A stretch of DNA of 64,000 nt, from IMG/VR virus record IMGVR_UViG_3300049218_000295, positions 1 to 64,000 of that record, one strand, 5' to 3'. Source of the stretch: a virus. Shown piece after piece: positions 9,726-18,589 of the stretch. The notes beneath the pieces are model-generated. The model had not been told where the DNA came from and did not search any database. It saw nothing but the letters and a program-made list of their open reading frames with translations. How positions within the stretch are numbered: position 1 is the stretch's first letter; each line of letters opens with the position of its first letter. Position numbers and translations under genes: made by a program.

Positions 9726-12122
9726 TTACTTAGTGCGTCCAGAGAAAAGGATGGAACTGTTATTTGGCAGTCGGTCGATTGGAGTACGGGACTTCTGAGA
9801 AGCCAGTTTTGCAGTCCTATCCATCGTCTTTTCGAATTTGTCTGAAGCCTTTTTCTTTTTAGCACTGGATACGCCTGCAATGGCCTTAAGTTCGTTTCGG
9901 GCGGCGATACCAAGCTGGTAGACATCACCATGTGACGCATACTGGTCGAGCGATTTCTTAACATATTCAGCCAAGATACCTTGAGCCTGCTCTGACAGAA
10001 CTGGGGCCTGCGGGCAAAGATGGGTTCTCCAAAGCAGATACTGGGCAATTTCTGCGGAGGTCGGGTCGTGCAGATGCTGATTGAGATGCGAGCCTAAAAT
10101 CATTTGGTCAGTCAGAATGAAGACCTGATTGCTATCTGGTTGGATTTTGTCTAGGAAGGCGGCCAAGTCCTGCGCTCTTAGATTGCCAATCTTACCATCT
10201 GGACCCCAGAACAGATATTTGGACAAAGGACCCAACGAACCAGATTCCTGCGAGCCCAAAACTCGCTGCAGGTTTGATTTCGTGACATTTTGGAGGGACC
10301 GCACAAATTCGAGTTTTGCTTCTTGTTCCACATTACCCGCTTCGTCTTCCCATTCCATTTTCCACCGCGCAACCTTTTTGCGGAGAGCAGCATCCGCGTC
10401 AAGGTCTGCAATCTGTGAGTCCAGATTGATATTGGCTGCGGAAGTCAAATTCCTAAGAGTAATAGGAACTCCTTGCTCCTGCAAGGATTGATAAATTTCG
10501 AGTCGCTTTTCATCGACGTTGTTTAGAAGCTCCTTGCGCCACTGAAGCTTCGGCATGATAAGTTCACTCTCAGGAATTTCAAGGGCTTTTCTTTGGGTGA
10601 GAATGTCGGAACCGTTGTTCTGCAAAGTGAGATCATTGGATGGCATCAGACCGCCGGAGCCACCAATGCGAATACGGTGGTCCAATTGCGCCTTGGTGCG
10701 TTTGCGGAAACCGTGAATTCGGGCGATAAGAGGAAACATTCGGTTGTAGAAAATGCGCTGGCAAAGAGAATTGCGGAGCGTCTGGGCTTTCTCCATGAAA
10801 AAAGCTTTGGCGGTTTCTTGGTTGGAGTAAGTTGCATCACCGGTCAAAAGAGCATCATTGGCACCTAGCGCCCGGAGCTTTCCTTCTGTGAGAAGGGTCC
10901 ATTCGTCGGACCATTTGTAGAAGTTGGCCCCATCACGCACTTCTGATGTATCAACACCATTACGAGTGACAACCACAGAACCCACGGGGTCTTCATCGGC
11001 TTGGATGAACATCTGGGCAATATTATCAATTTCCTCGGCGGTCGCTTCCCATTTTTCGTCAATGCCTGCCTTGATGTGGAGAATTGAACGAGAGCGGCGA
11101 CGAGCAGAAGTCATGGTAGCATTGATAAGGGCCTTCTCTAGTGCCCAAAAAGAAATCAGTCGCGTAAAGAAAGAAGTTCCAATATGGTCGTAGTTGAAAA
11201 CGCGACGAGGAATGAAAAGCGTATTGATAGGGTCCAGTGGAATTCCGGGTCCGGTAAAATTCGGAGCGTGTCCAGAATTTCTGGTTCCCTTGGGTGCCGT
11301 AAACGGGCTGTAAGATTGGCGACCACCGCCACTCATGCCACCAGAGGCCATTTTGACCGCCTGGACGAAAGCCTCGGGCAAAACCGAACGAGCATCGACT
11401 GCGCGAGGGTCCATCGATTCCATGAAGTCCTTCAAAGCTGGTGAAGGCAACAAATCAATCATTGGGTCAAAGCCACGAACTGGAATTGGCGTTAAGCGCA
11501 CAAAGCTTGGGTCATGAGAAACCACATCTTTGAAAATGCCGCGCTCTTTATCGAAAATCATAGAAGAAATCGTGCGACCCAGGACCAAGTACTCACGAGT
11601 AATGTCCGGCATCGTGGCCACTACGTCAATGGACTTCATCGATTCTTCAAAAACATGCTTAATAGCAGGGTCTTGGACACCTACGAGGTCGTAATCCGAC
11701 CAGATCAAATCCGCAATTAGGTCGACAATGGTACCAGCAATGTGATCGCGGTGGTACATGAGCCTGAACATTTCGTCCAGGCCGGACGCGTCTCGCGGTA
11801 TCCAATCTTCAACAACCGAGCCTTCATCGAGGCGGTCGCGAACTGGGTTGTAGCGGTCAACATTCGGGGAACTACCACCTTGACCACCAAAGCCACTGGA
11901 GGAACCCATGTCGCCGGGACCATAGTTGGTACCAGCACCAAATCCACCATTACCGCCACCCCCGCCTCCTGAGTTTCCCCAACTACCTCCGGCGGTCGCA
12001 GCCTCTTGTCGGTTTTGTCCGCGCAAACGAACAGAGCCAAGACCGTTTAGGTCCGACGCAGTTACTAGACGCCCGTCTTTCGTGTAGCCGGGTGCCGGAT
12101 GACTTTTGAAGCGGTACAGCAT
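9726..12122 (-). CDS. portal protein with long N- and C-terminal extensions
   Basis: 798 aa next to the terminase; portal-like core (RRVFNYDHIGTSFFTRLI...ILHIKAG...ALLTGDATYSN). Confidence 0.7.
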   Translation of the reverse strand: MLYRFKSHPAPGYTKDGRLVTASDLNGLGSVRLRGQNRQEAATAGGSWGNSGGGGGGNGGFGAGTNYGPGDMGSSSGFGGQGGSSPNVDRYNPVRDRLDEGSVVEDWIPRDASGLDEMFRLMYHRDHIAGTIVDLIADLIWSDYDLVGVQDPAIKHVFEESMKSIDVVATMPDITREYLVLGRTISSMIFDKERGIFKDVVSHDPSFVRLTPIPVRGFDPMIDLLPSPALKDFMESMDPRAVDARSVLPEAFVQAVKMASGGMSGGGRQSYSPFTAPKGTRNSGHAPNFTGPGIPLDPINTLFIPRRVFNYDHIGTSFFTRLISFWALEKALINATMTSARRRSRSILHIKAGIDEKWEATAEEIDNIAQMFIQADEDPVGSVVVTRNGVDTSEVRDGANFYKWSDEWTLLTEGKLRALGANDALLTGDATYSNQETAKAFFMEKAQTLRNSLCQRIFYNRMFPLIARIHGFRKRTKAQLDHRIRIGGSGGLMPSNDLTLQNNGSDILTQRKALEIPESELIMPKLQWRKELLNNVDEKRLEIYQSLQEQGVPITLRNLTSAANINLDSQIADLDADAALRKKVARWKMEWEDEAGNVEQEAKLEFVRSLQNVTKSNLQRVLGSQESGSLGPLSKYLFWGPDGKIGNLRAQDLAAFLDKIQPDSNQVFILTDQMILGSHLNQHLHDPTSAEIAQYLLWRTHLCPQAPVLSEQAQGILAEYVKKSLDQYASHGDVYQLGIAARNELKAIAGVSSAKKKKASDKFEKTMDRTAKLASQKSRTPIDRLPNNSSILFSGRTK

Positions 12123-12135
12123 TAGTCTCCTGACC

Positions 12136-12468
12136 TTATCCTTCTTTTACCAACGGGGAAACTACACGATGACTTACGCAGTATGCAACCTCTCGGCCAC
12201 CCATTAGCGTAACTATGTCACCGGCCTTGCTGCACACAGGACATAGTTGGCTTTCTGCGAGAGCTTGCCGTTTTGCATCTATTTCCAACGGGTTGGAACG
12301 AATAGACATAACCATGCTCTCCAAAGCCGACACCCATTCTTGATCAGTGGCGTAGTTGGCCTTCACTGCGGAAAGCTTAGCGACAACAGGTTGCACTTCA
12401 GATTGTTGCAATCCAAGGTTATACTGCCGGTCAATAGCGATTACTTTTTCTTGATAGTTTGCTGCCAT
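12136..12468 (-). CDS. hypothetical protein with C-terminal Zn finger
   Basis: CPVC...CVSH. Confidence 0.6.
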   Translation of the reverse strand: MAANYQEKVIAIDRQYNLGLQQSEVQPVVAKLSAVKANYATDQEWVSALESMVMSIRSNPLEIDAKRQALAESQLCPVCSKAGDIVTLMGGREVAYCVSHRVVSPLVKEG

Positions 12469-12488
12469 AGCTAAAAAATAATCCCGAA

Positions 12489-14468
12489 CTACTTGATTCC
12501 TTTCCAGCGATTACGGACTGCTCCAACAGTTCTTCCGTTATGACCTGGGATTGCCGCTTTGATGGCCGCACCAAGTTCCCCATGACGCCGTACAGTACCC
12601 AAAGCGCGCACGACATGCCCAGTCTCAAGACGTTTTGGACCAGCACTATATTCTTTCCGGATCACTGGGTCGGACATGCGGTTAACTCCTAGAGCAAAGG
12701 CTCTAAACAGGTCGTCATCACCTTGCAGAGGCTTGGTGACTCGCATGCCGAGGTCGCGTACTGTAAGAAGCTGAATCCCGAGCAGGCTTATTGGTTCACG
12801 GTCAAGTTTGTTGTCGTTCTGCAAGTACTCTTTAACGCTCTCCCCCATTGGGCGTGGCATTTCTGGAATCACAACGCCTTGGCTCGTAACCACGCCCTTC
12901 ACACTTGATAAGTCTTTGTAGGTGAGTGAGTAAATCCTTGCGTCTTTCTTAATATCTCGGAGCCGCTGGACCTGGTCGAGAGAATTCCAGCGGTCAAAGA
13001 ATACATGCTTAATATTGTAGTTGTTGATGATAGGAATGGTGAGCAACTCATAAACCTGGTTGATGTTGATAGGGGTCTTGGGTTCAGGCCGAAGGTTACA
13101 GGCGAAGTCGAGGTGGATTTTGGAGTCAGAACCCAAAGAAAACATACAAACCGCGAGGCCGTTCTTGGTGTGTCCCAAGTCAAAAGTCAACATTCGAGGT
13201 ACGTTTTTGTCGGGTTTGACAATCATTGCCTTCATAGCCCTATAGCCACCAAAATCGTCAGTGGACCGAGTCACGTCGGCGTTTAATAACTCCGGAAATT
13301 TACCCGTAGCAATCTTATCGATGTACAAAGGGTCACTGAGATACGGGTCGGAAGCCAAAGGTGGCTCGGCACCAAAATCGCGCATGAAGTCGTTTTCGGG
13401 CATGGCCGCGAATTCTTCACGAAGAGCCTGTTCGGTCCAGTCAGGGTTGAACTCCCAAGTTGCACAATGAACCGGCAAGATTTTGGGGTTCTGGTTTGCA
13501 TCTCCCAGAAGTCGCATAATTTTATCTTTAGCCGCACTCGGGCTCGAAACATTGGCCATCAGAATTGGGGGCGAGTCGAAGCTAGTTCCACTCCAAATCA
13601 TTTGGTACTTGCGGCGCATGGTGGACAAGGAGTTGCCAAGGGCCGTGTAAACTGCGTCAGCGTTCTTGATACGTCCATCTTTGTCTTCGGAATGGAACCA
13701 TCCTAATTCGTCAATAGCCACAAAAATTCGAGTAGCACCGCGCATCGTCTCGTCGACCGAACCCGTGTACTGCCAAATCATATTCTTGTGTGGGTAAGCC
13801 AGGTAAGACTGACGGTCGACCCATAGTTCAACACCCAGCTTCTTGCCCTGACCCTTCAGAAAACTGTGGTAGCTTTTGAACCATGGTGACTGATCAATAA
13901 AGCCTTTGAAGGGCATCCACAAATTTTTCCGGGCCTGTTCAGCCACCAGGGCAGAAAAGGTGCCAGTCAATAACTCACCGGTTGGTTGGTCATAATGGCG
14001 AAGAGGGTTGGGAATCTTCAGAAATTGATGCAAAACATACGTTGCAACCAAGGCAACCAGTTTCGACTTACCGGCCCGCTGACCAACGCAGCCAACGAGT
14101 TCGGTGTATTCAATAAGCTCACGAGCTTTGATGAAGTCATAGCGTGTGGCCCGGCACTTGGGACAAATGCCATGTTCGAGAAAGGAAACATTATCCCTAA
14201 TTTGTCCCATTGACTCATCAAACACTCGGTCGAGGTATCCGGGATTTGAACATCGGGGGCAAAAATCGGCCAGCAACTTTGCTGCAATAGCTAATTGTTG
14301 CGGTAGAATTCGAGTATTAAGAAAAGAAGGATTGATGGCCCATTCAAAAACGTTAGGGGCTTTCTCAATCCCCCGCTCGTCAATCGTTTCAAAAATCGCG
14401 GGGTCCAGGCTAGCTTGTTGAAGCTGCTGAAAGATCTCCCCTGGGTCAAATAGTTTATCAGTGCTCAC
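12489..14468 (-). CDS. terL: terminase large subunit
   Basis: VGQRAGKS Walker A, FVAIDELGW Walker B, SSP, RNase H-like LTFDLG / FFDRWNS / DDDLF. Confidence 0.9.
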   Translation of the reverse strand: MSTDKLFDPGEIFQQLQQASLDPAIFETIDERGIEKAPNVFEWAINPSFLNTRILPQQLAIAAKLLADFCPRCSNPGYLDRVFDESMGQIRDNVSFLEHGICPKCRATRYDFIKARELIEYTELVGCVGQRAGKSKLVALVATYVLHQFLKIPNPLRHYDQPTGELLTGTFSALVAEQARKNLWMPFKGFIDQSPWFKSYHSFLKGQGKKLGVELWVDRQSYLAYPHKNMIWQYTGSVDETMRGATRIFVAIDELGWFHSEDKDGRIKNADAVYTALGNSLSTMRRKYQMIWSGTSFDSPPILMANVSSPSAAKDKIMRLLGDANQNPKILPVHCATWEFNPDWTEQALREEFAAMPENDFMRDFGAEPPLASDPYLSDPLYIDKIATGKFPELLNADVTRSTDDFGGYRAMKAMIVKPDKNVPRMLTFDLGHTKNGLAVCMFSLGSDSKIHLDFACNLRPEPKTPININQVYELLTIPIINNYNIKHVFFDRWNSLDQVQRLRDIKKDARIYSLTYKDLSSVKGVVTSQGVVIPEMPRPMGESVKEYLQNDNKLDREPISLLGIQLLTVRDLGMRVTKPLQGDDDLFRAFALGVNRMSDPVIRKEYSAGPKRLETGHVVRALGTVRRHGELGAAIKAAIPGHNGRTVGAVRNRWKGIK

Positions 14469-14499
14469 AGGAACCTCGACAGCAAAATAAAGGAGGGTC

Positions 14500-14528
14500 T
14501 TGACTGAGTTCTAAAATAGTGATATAAG
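14500..14528 (+). promoter_or_regulatory. sigma-70-type promoter
   Basis: TTGACT-17 bp-TATAAG with extended TG, upstream of the traR/dksA-like gene. Confidence 0.7.
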
Positions 14529-14565
14529 GTAGCATACTATTAAGGTAACATTAGCACAGGTGGTC

Positions 14566-14781
14566 ATGGCAGAGACTAAAAATCGGAACTGTAACGAATG
14601 CGGGGAGCCAATAGGCGAGAAGCGTCTGCTGGCGAGACCCAAAACCACCCTGTGCATCGAATGCCAAGAAGCCAAAGAAGCAAACGGTGACTTCACCAGG
14701 CACAAAATTGAAACTTCCCAGCAAATTGCGGGATGGCAGTTTGAAGGTCAAGTAGATATTTTAATTAAAGGCGATGACTAA
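14566..14781 (+). CDS. TraR/DksA C4-type zinc finger protein
   Basis: CNECGEPIGEKRLLARPKTTLCIECQ. Confidence 0.88.
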   Translation: MAETKNRNCNECGEPIGEKRLLARPKTTLCIECQEAKEANGDFTRHKIETSQQIAGWQFEGQVDILIKGDD

Positions 14782-15540
14782 TTACAACGCCTGCATTAAT
14801 TGTTCGAGCTGTTGCAGCGTCAGCCCACACGGGGTTTGCCCAGTAGCTTTAATCCACTCAGGGTCTGCAATCCCATAGACTTCGTCTACGTAGGTCGCGA
14901 AGAATTCCCAAGTCATGCGATACTTTGCGCCCCAACTGATTAAATCAAGGCCCTGGCTGTCGTATCCGGTGAGAATGATAGCATGACCACCAATGATTTC
15001 CTGGTCGGGCTCGACCGTCCAGATAGAAGGAGTTTCTCCGTCATCTGGCATCAGATTTTGAGGAACATCGAAGCCGATGTAAGCCAACCCACACTCAAAA
15101 ATAGTCTGCTTGACATCGGAAGTGTTACGTGGATCGACCTCATAGAAAGCTGAAATCTTGTGGACCTGCCCACCGTCCATAGGAGCCCCGGACTTCAGAG
15201 TGTAAGTCAAAACATTTTGTTCAACTCCACCCTGGTCGGTGCTTGGGTCAGCTGGGTTGTAGCCCGTGGCTTTCTCGTAGAGAGCGAGGACAGAAGCGTC
15301 GGATTCGGTCAGCTCAGGCTTGTTGGAGCCCAAAGACCAGATTTGAAGGGCATGGTAGAAGGCGGCACAAGTGCAATCTCCTAGCTGGTCATTCAAGAAC
15401 ATTCCCCAATCGACCACATTAGCGGGGGCATAATTAATACTAGCCGGAAAAGCAGGTACGTGCTTAGCAGCCAATCTCATTGCACTCATATGGGGGATAT
15501 TGTGGTTGAACGCTCTCGGTTTTCTGCCTAACTTCTTCAT
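14782..15540 (-). CDS. papain-like (C1-type) cysteine peptidase
   Basis: NDQLGDCTCAA (Cys), GGHAIILTGY (His), ISWG. Confidence 0.75.
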   Translation of the reverse strand: MKKLGRKPRAFNHNIPHMSAMRLAAKHVPAFPASINYAPANVVDWGMFLNDQLGDCTCAAFYHALQIWSLGSNKPELTESDASVLALYEKATGYNPADPSTDQGGVEQNVLTYTLKSGAPMDGGQVHKISAFYEVDPRNTSDVKQTIFECGLAYIGFDVPQNLMPDDGETPSIWTVEPDQEIIGGHAIILTGYDSQGLDLISWGAKYRMTWEFFATYVDEVYGIADPEWIKATGQTPCGLTLQQLEQLMQAL

Positions 15541-16102
15541 TTGTTTTCCTTTCGTGGGGACATACTCCGTGAATCCCCTTGGCCCAATTGCAATTCATAC
15601 AAAGAACTTGAAAAATAACTGGAAACCCGTTTCTCTTAGCCCAAGAATACATCTTGCTTCCGCCCATACCTCTACCGTTATTAGCCTTCTGTTTCTCGGT
15701 GGAGGCCACATCTTTCCTGTGTGCAGAACCGTCATTGTTCTTGTGGTCTAAAGTTAAGAAATCGAATTCATTCTCTCCGCAGCATGCACATTTGCCGCCG
15801 TAGTGAAGTATGACAAGCTCCTTCAGCTTCCTAGACGACTTCCTGGAAGCCTCGCGGCACTTGGTTTGGTGAGTGCTGCGATATTTTGCCGCTGAAGCTT
15901 TTCGTCCAATTGGAGGCGGAAGGAGATATCGGTTGGCTCTTCTGGGTTCGTCTCGGTTTATAGTCATCCACTCCCTATGGCGAGTGTCGCAGACATCGCA
16001 CCGACTCTTCTCCTCTAGTCGTGGTCGCGTACCGCACCCACCGCACACACCAACCGCCAACCTCTTGTGGTATAACTCTCTGCGGTATTGTCGTCTGTCC
16101 AC
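15464..16102 (-). CDS. HNH homing endonuclease
   Basis: YGGKCACCGE...LTLDHKNNDG...LCMNCNWAKG; basic Cys-rich N-terminus; GTG 16102 preferred as start. Confidence 0.8.
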   Translation of the reverse strand: MDRRQYRRELYHKRLAVGVCGGCGTRPRLEEKSRCDVCDTRHREWMTINRDEPRRANRYLLPPPIGRKASAAKYRSTHQTKCREASRKSSRKLKELVILHYGGKCACCGENEFDFLTLDHKNNDGSAHRKDVASTEKQKANNGRGMGGSKMYSWAKRNGFPVIFQVLCMNCNWAKGIHGVCPHERKTNEEVRQKTESVQPQYPPYECNEIGC

Positions 16103-16129
16103 GGAGAAACAATAACAGCGAAGAACTAC

Positions 16130-16159
16130 TTGACAATATATAGCATAGTGTGTTATAAT
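16130..16159 (+). promoter_or_regulatory. sigma-70 consensus promoter giving a probable leaderless mRNA
   Basis: TTGACA-18 bp-TATAAT with TG; ATG at 16166, only 6 nt downstream. Confidence 0.85.
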
Positions 16160-16165
16160 AGAGGT

Positions 16166-16402
16166 ATGAAGTTGGAACCACCGGACCGCAAGCAATGCCA
16201 AGCTGAGAAGCCAAACGGCTATACCTTCTTGACCTTCGGGGGAAGACCCGGCAGAGTCAGGTGCACCAATAAGCCGAGGCTGATTGTCACCGAAAAGAAA
16301 CCCGGAAAGGACGGCCTGAAAGGGTCAATGTCCTTGTGCCCGGATTGTTTTGCTGTTTTTCAGAAGCAAGAACTAGTGGAAGTCAAAATCATCGAAATCT
16401 AG
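16166..16402 (+). CDS. hypothetical Cys-containing protein
   Basis: ORF directly after the promoter; C...C...CPDC. Confidence 0.65.
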   Translation: MKLEPPDRKQCQAEKPNGYTFLTFGGRPGRVRCTNKPRLIVTEKKPGKDGLKGSMSLCPDCFAVFQKQELVEVKIIEI

Positions 16403-16409
16403 GAACGGT

Positions 16410-17132
16410 ATGAACGACAAAATCATCGACAAGATAAAAAAGCTTCTTGCGCTGGCGACTTCAGACAATGAACATGAGGCTTCTCGCGCTGCAGAACAGG
16501 CTCATCGACTCCTCCTTAAACACAACTTGACCGAGCAATCAGTGCGCGACCGTCCACCATTGGAGTACGGGAGACTTGGAGTGGACAGGAGGATTTTTGC
16601 GCGGACCGAGGACAAGTTCGTGGATACCATCCTTCAGGAGCACTTCTTTGTTCGGGTCATCACATCCAGGCACCTAAGACCAGACGATGGCGGAGGCAGC
16701 TCAAGGTCCGCTTGGTATGAGCGCGACGTCATTCTAATTGGAACCAAGTCCAACGTCGAGGTTGCGGCCTACATTCGTCACTTCCTAATTGGTAAATTCC
16801 GGGACCTGTGGCTTAGCTATAAGCGAGAAAACGACGCCCGACCTCGCGACCAGCAGCCTTATTACTTGGGACTCATGCAAGGGCTTGGAAAGAAGTTACT
16901 GGATCAAAGACATCGAGTAGAAGCCGAAATGTCCTTGGTATTAGTAAAAGACCCGGCCCTGGACGAGCTAGTTAAAGACATTGAATCAGGTAGGTCGAGC
17001 AAGGTGCGCGGCGAACAAGAAGTCATACTTCACGGCCTCGAAGACGGAAAGAAGATTGAAATTCAACGCGGACTAGAAGAAAAATCGACGGTATCAGGAA
17101 AATTCCTAAGTCAATCCATCGCATCGAAGTAG
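16410..17132 (+). CDS. DUF2786-domain protein
   Basis: KIIDKIKKLLALATSDNEHEASRAAEQAHRLLLKHNL N-terminus. Confidence 0.8.
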   Translation: MNDKIIDKIKKLLALATSDNEHEASRAAEQAHRLLLKHNLTEQSVRDRPPLEYGRLGVDRRIFARTEDKFVDTILQEHFFVRVITSRHLRPDDGGGSSRSAWYERDVILIGTKSNVEVAAYIRHFLIGKFRDLWLSYKRENDARPRDQQPYYLGLMQGLGKKLLDQRHRVEAEMSLVLVKDPALDELVKDIESGRSSKVRGEQEVILHGLEDGKKIEIQRGLEEKSTVSGKFLSQSIASK

Positions 17133-17329
17133 TGACAGATGCAATCATCTGCTGGGAAACTGCACTCCATGCAGGCTTTCAGTTCACCATATTGCTTTAA
17201 AGACCAAGAATTTCTTTCGGACCAAGAAGAACAGCTTTCGGTAGCTGAACGTGGCTCTCCGTGGAATCGGCAATACAAAAGTGTAAAGCCCGGCTTAGAA
17301 TGAACGCAATTCTCACAAAGCTTCTTCAT
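17111..17329 (-). CDS. small Cys-rich hypothetical protein
   Basis: 72 aa, CENC...CRFH...C...CMEC...CIC. Confidence 0.5.
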   Translation of the reverse strand: MKKLCENCVHSKPGFTLLYCRFHGEPRSATESCSSWSERNSWSLKQYGELKACMECSFPADDCICHYFDAMD

Positions 17330-17360
17330 CCGTGAAGATACCCCGAGACAAAATAAGTCT

Positions 17361-17468
17361 CTAGGGGGTTTCAGTATCTAGAATCTTGAGATGAGAGCCT
17401 GTGGCTCGCTCCCACTCGACCGCCAATTCTTCGAACCCTAAAGCTCGCAGCTCTTCACCGATGTCCAT
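17361..17468 (-). CDS. small hypothetical protein (35 aa, below ORF-track cutoff)
   Basis: MDIGEELRALGFEELAVEWERATGSHLKILDTETP fills the gap in a minus-strand gene run. Confidence 0.4.
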   Translation of the reverse strand: MDIGEELRALGFEELAVEWERATGSHLKILDTETP

Positions 17469-17476
17469 GGTGTCTT

Positions 17477-18073
17477 TTAACGCTTGATGCCAAGCGTAGT
17501 TTTGAGTGTCTGATGCAGACCATCGTAGAGCTTGTTGGTTTCGGGAGCCAACGAGGTAATCATCCTTGTGAACTGATCATCAATGGTTGCTTTGCTTTCA
17601 GGGTGAATTCGAGAAAGCTCTTTTTTTGTTTTGTCTATTTCGTTGACCATGGACCGAATAAGGTTAGTAAACATCGACTTGATTTGCTCTTCGAGTTCGG
17701 CCAAAACCACTTTGGGGTCTTTCATCTTCTCAAGCTGAGTTAGGGAGGAATTCTTGGCATTCTGTAGAGCGGAAAGCATGTAGGCGTTGTCTGGAACTGG
17801 GAAACGCTGGAAAATTTCAGCGGCGATGCCCACGCACTCCGATAGGCTTTCCAGCTCCATTTCAAGCACATCTCTTCTGCTTGAGCATTGGCTAATTTTG
17901 GTAGCAACGGCTTGTTTGTAGACCTGAATAAGAGCCTGGTTAGGAAGGTCCGAGGGTAGCTCCGTAGGAGCGGGTGCAGAATCACCTAAACCCAGGGGGT
18001 CTGTCACATTTGGGATCTGCGGTGCTGGCGCAGCATAAACTGGGTCAACTGGGTCAACAGGTGTACTTTCCAT
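17477..18073 (-). CDS. helical protein, possible terminase small subunit
   Basis: Start ATG 18073; AAEIFQRFPVPDNAYMLSALQ...LEKMKD recalls the T4 gp16 helical hairpin; 3 kb from terL. Confidence 0.35.
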   Translation of the reverse strand: MESTPVDPVDPVYAAPAPQIPNVTDPLGLGDSAPAPTELPSDLPNQALIQVYKQAVATKISQCSSRRDVLEMELESLSECVGIAAEIFQRFPVPDNAYMLSALQNAKNSSLTQLEKMKDPKVVLAELEEQIKSMFTNLIRSMVNEIDKTKKELSRIHPESKATIDDQFTRMITSLAPETNKLYDGLHQTLKTTLGIKR

Positions 18074-18103
18074 ACCTACTTTTAAACCTAAGCGGGTGCA
18101 CAA

Positions 18104-18358
18104 ATGGGTTGCTGCGGCAATAGACCGGTTCCGGGTATAAGAAAACAGGTGGCGGACCTTGCCCTTACGGCGGCAAATGTCGTCGCTCATGCAAGCAAAA
18201 CCGGACAAGTTGTGGCCGAAAAATCACTAATCGATAGACGAGTGGCCTTGTGTAAAGGGTGCAGTCAGCTTAATGGCAACCGGTGTGCTGCATGCGGCTG
18301 CTTTATTCAAATCAAAGCGGGACTTAGGGCGGCCCAGTGCCCCCTGAAAAAATGGTGA
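18104..18358 (+). CDS. DUF6171-like Cys-rich protein
   Basis: RRVALCKGC...CAACGCFIQIK...CPLKKW. Confidence 0.7.
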   Translation: MGCCGNRPVPGIRKQVADLALTAANVVAHASKTGQVVAEKSLIDRRVALCKGCSQLNGNRCAACGCFIQIKAGLRAAQCPLKKW

Positions 18359-18361
18359 AAC

Positions 18362-18589
18362 ATGGGGTTCGTGAAGTCACTAACTGTTTTCGCAGTCTGC
18401 AAATCAGGATACGAAGGGACCCTTGATATTATGTGGGATGGCAAAGGTGACGACGACAGAAACAACCAAATGTTTCTCTGGCCTTCTGAAGAAGAGGCTA
18501 AGCAGGACCTAGAGCTGCAAGTATCCAACGGTCGGAAGGACTTAGCAGTCTACGCCATCAACCTGTCAGTTGTGGGTGTTGTTAAGTAA
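18362..18589 (+). CDS. hypothetical protein
   Basis: 75 aa ORF directly following the previous gene. Confidence 0.55.
   Translation: MGFVKSLTVFAVCKSGYEGTLDIMWDGKGDDDRNNQMFLWPSEEEAKQDLELQVSNGRKDLAVYAINLSVVGVVK

Noticed and set aside
17314-17468. Possible TAG readthrough or recoding: the small ORF continues in frame past TAG into the next gene start
   Set aside because: TAG ends many clear genes (terL, dnaB, sigma, nrdB) and no conserved gene is interrupted by TAG; the standard code fits.
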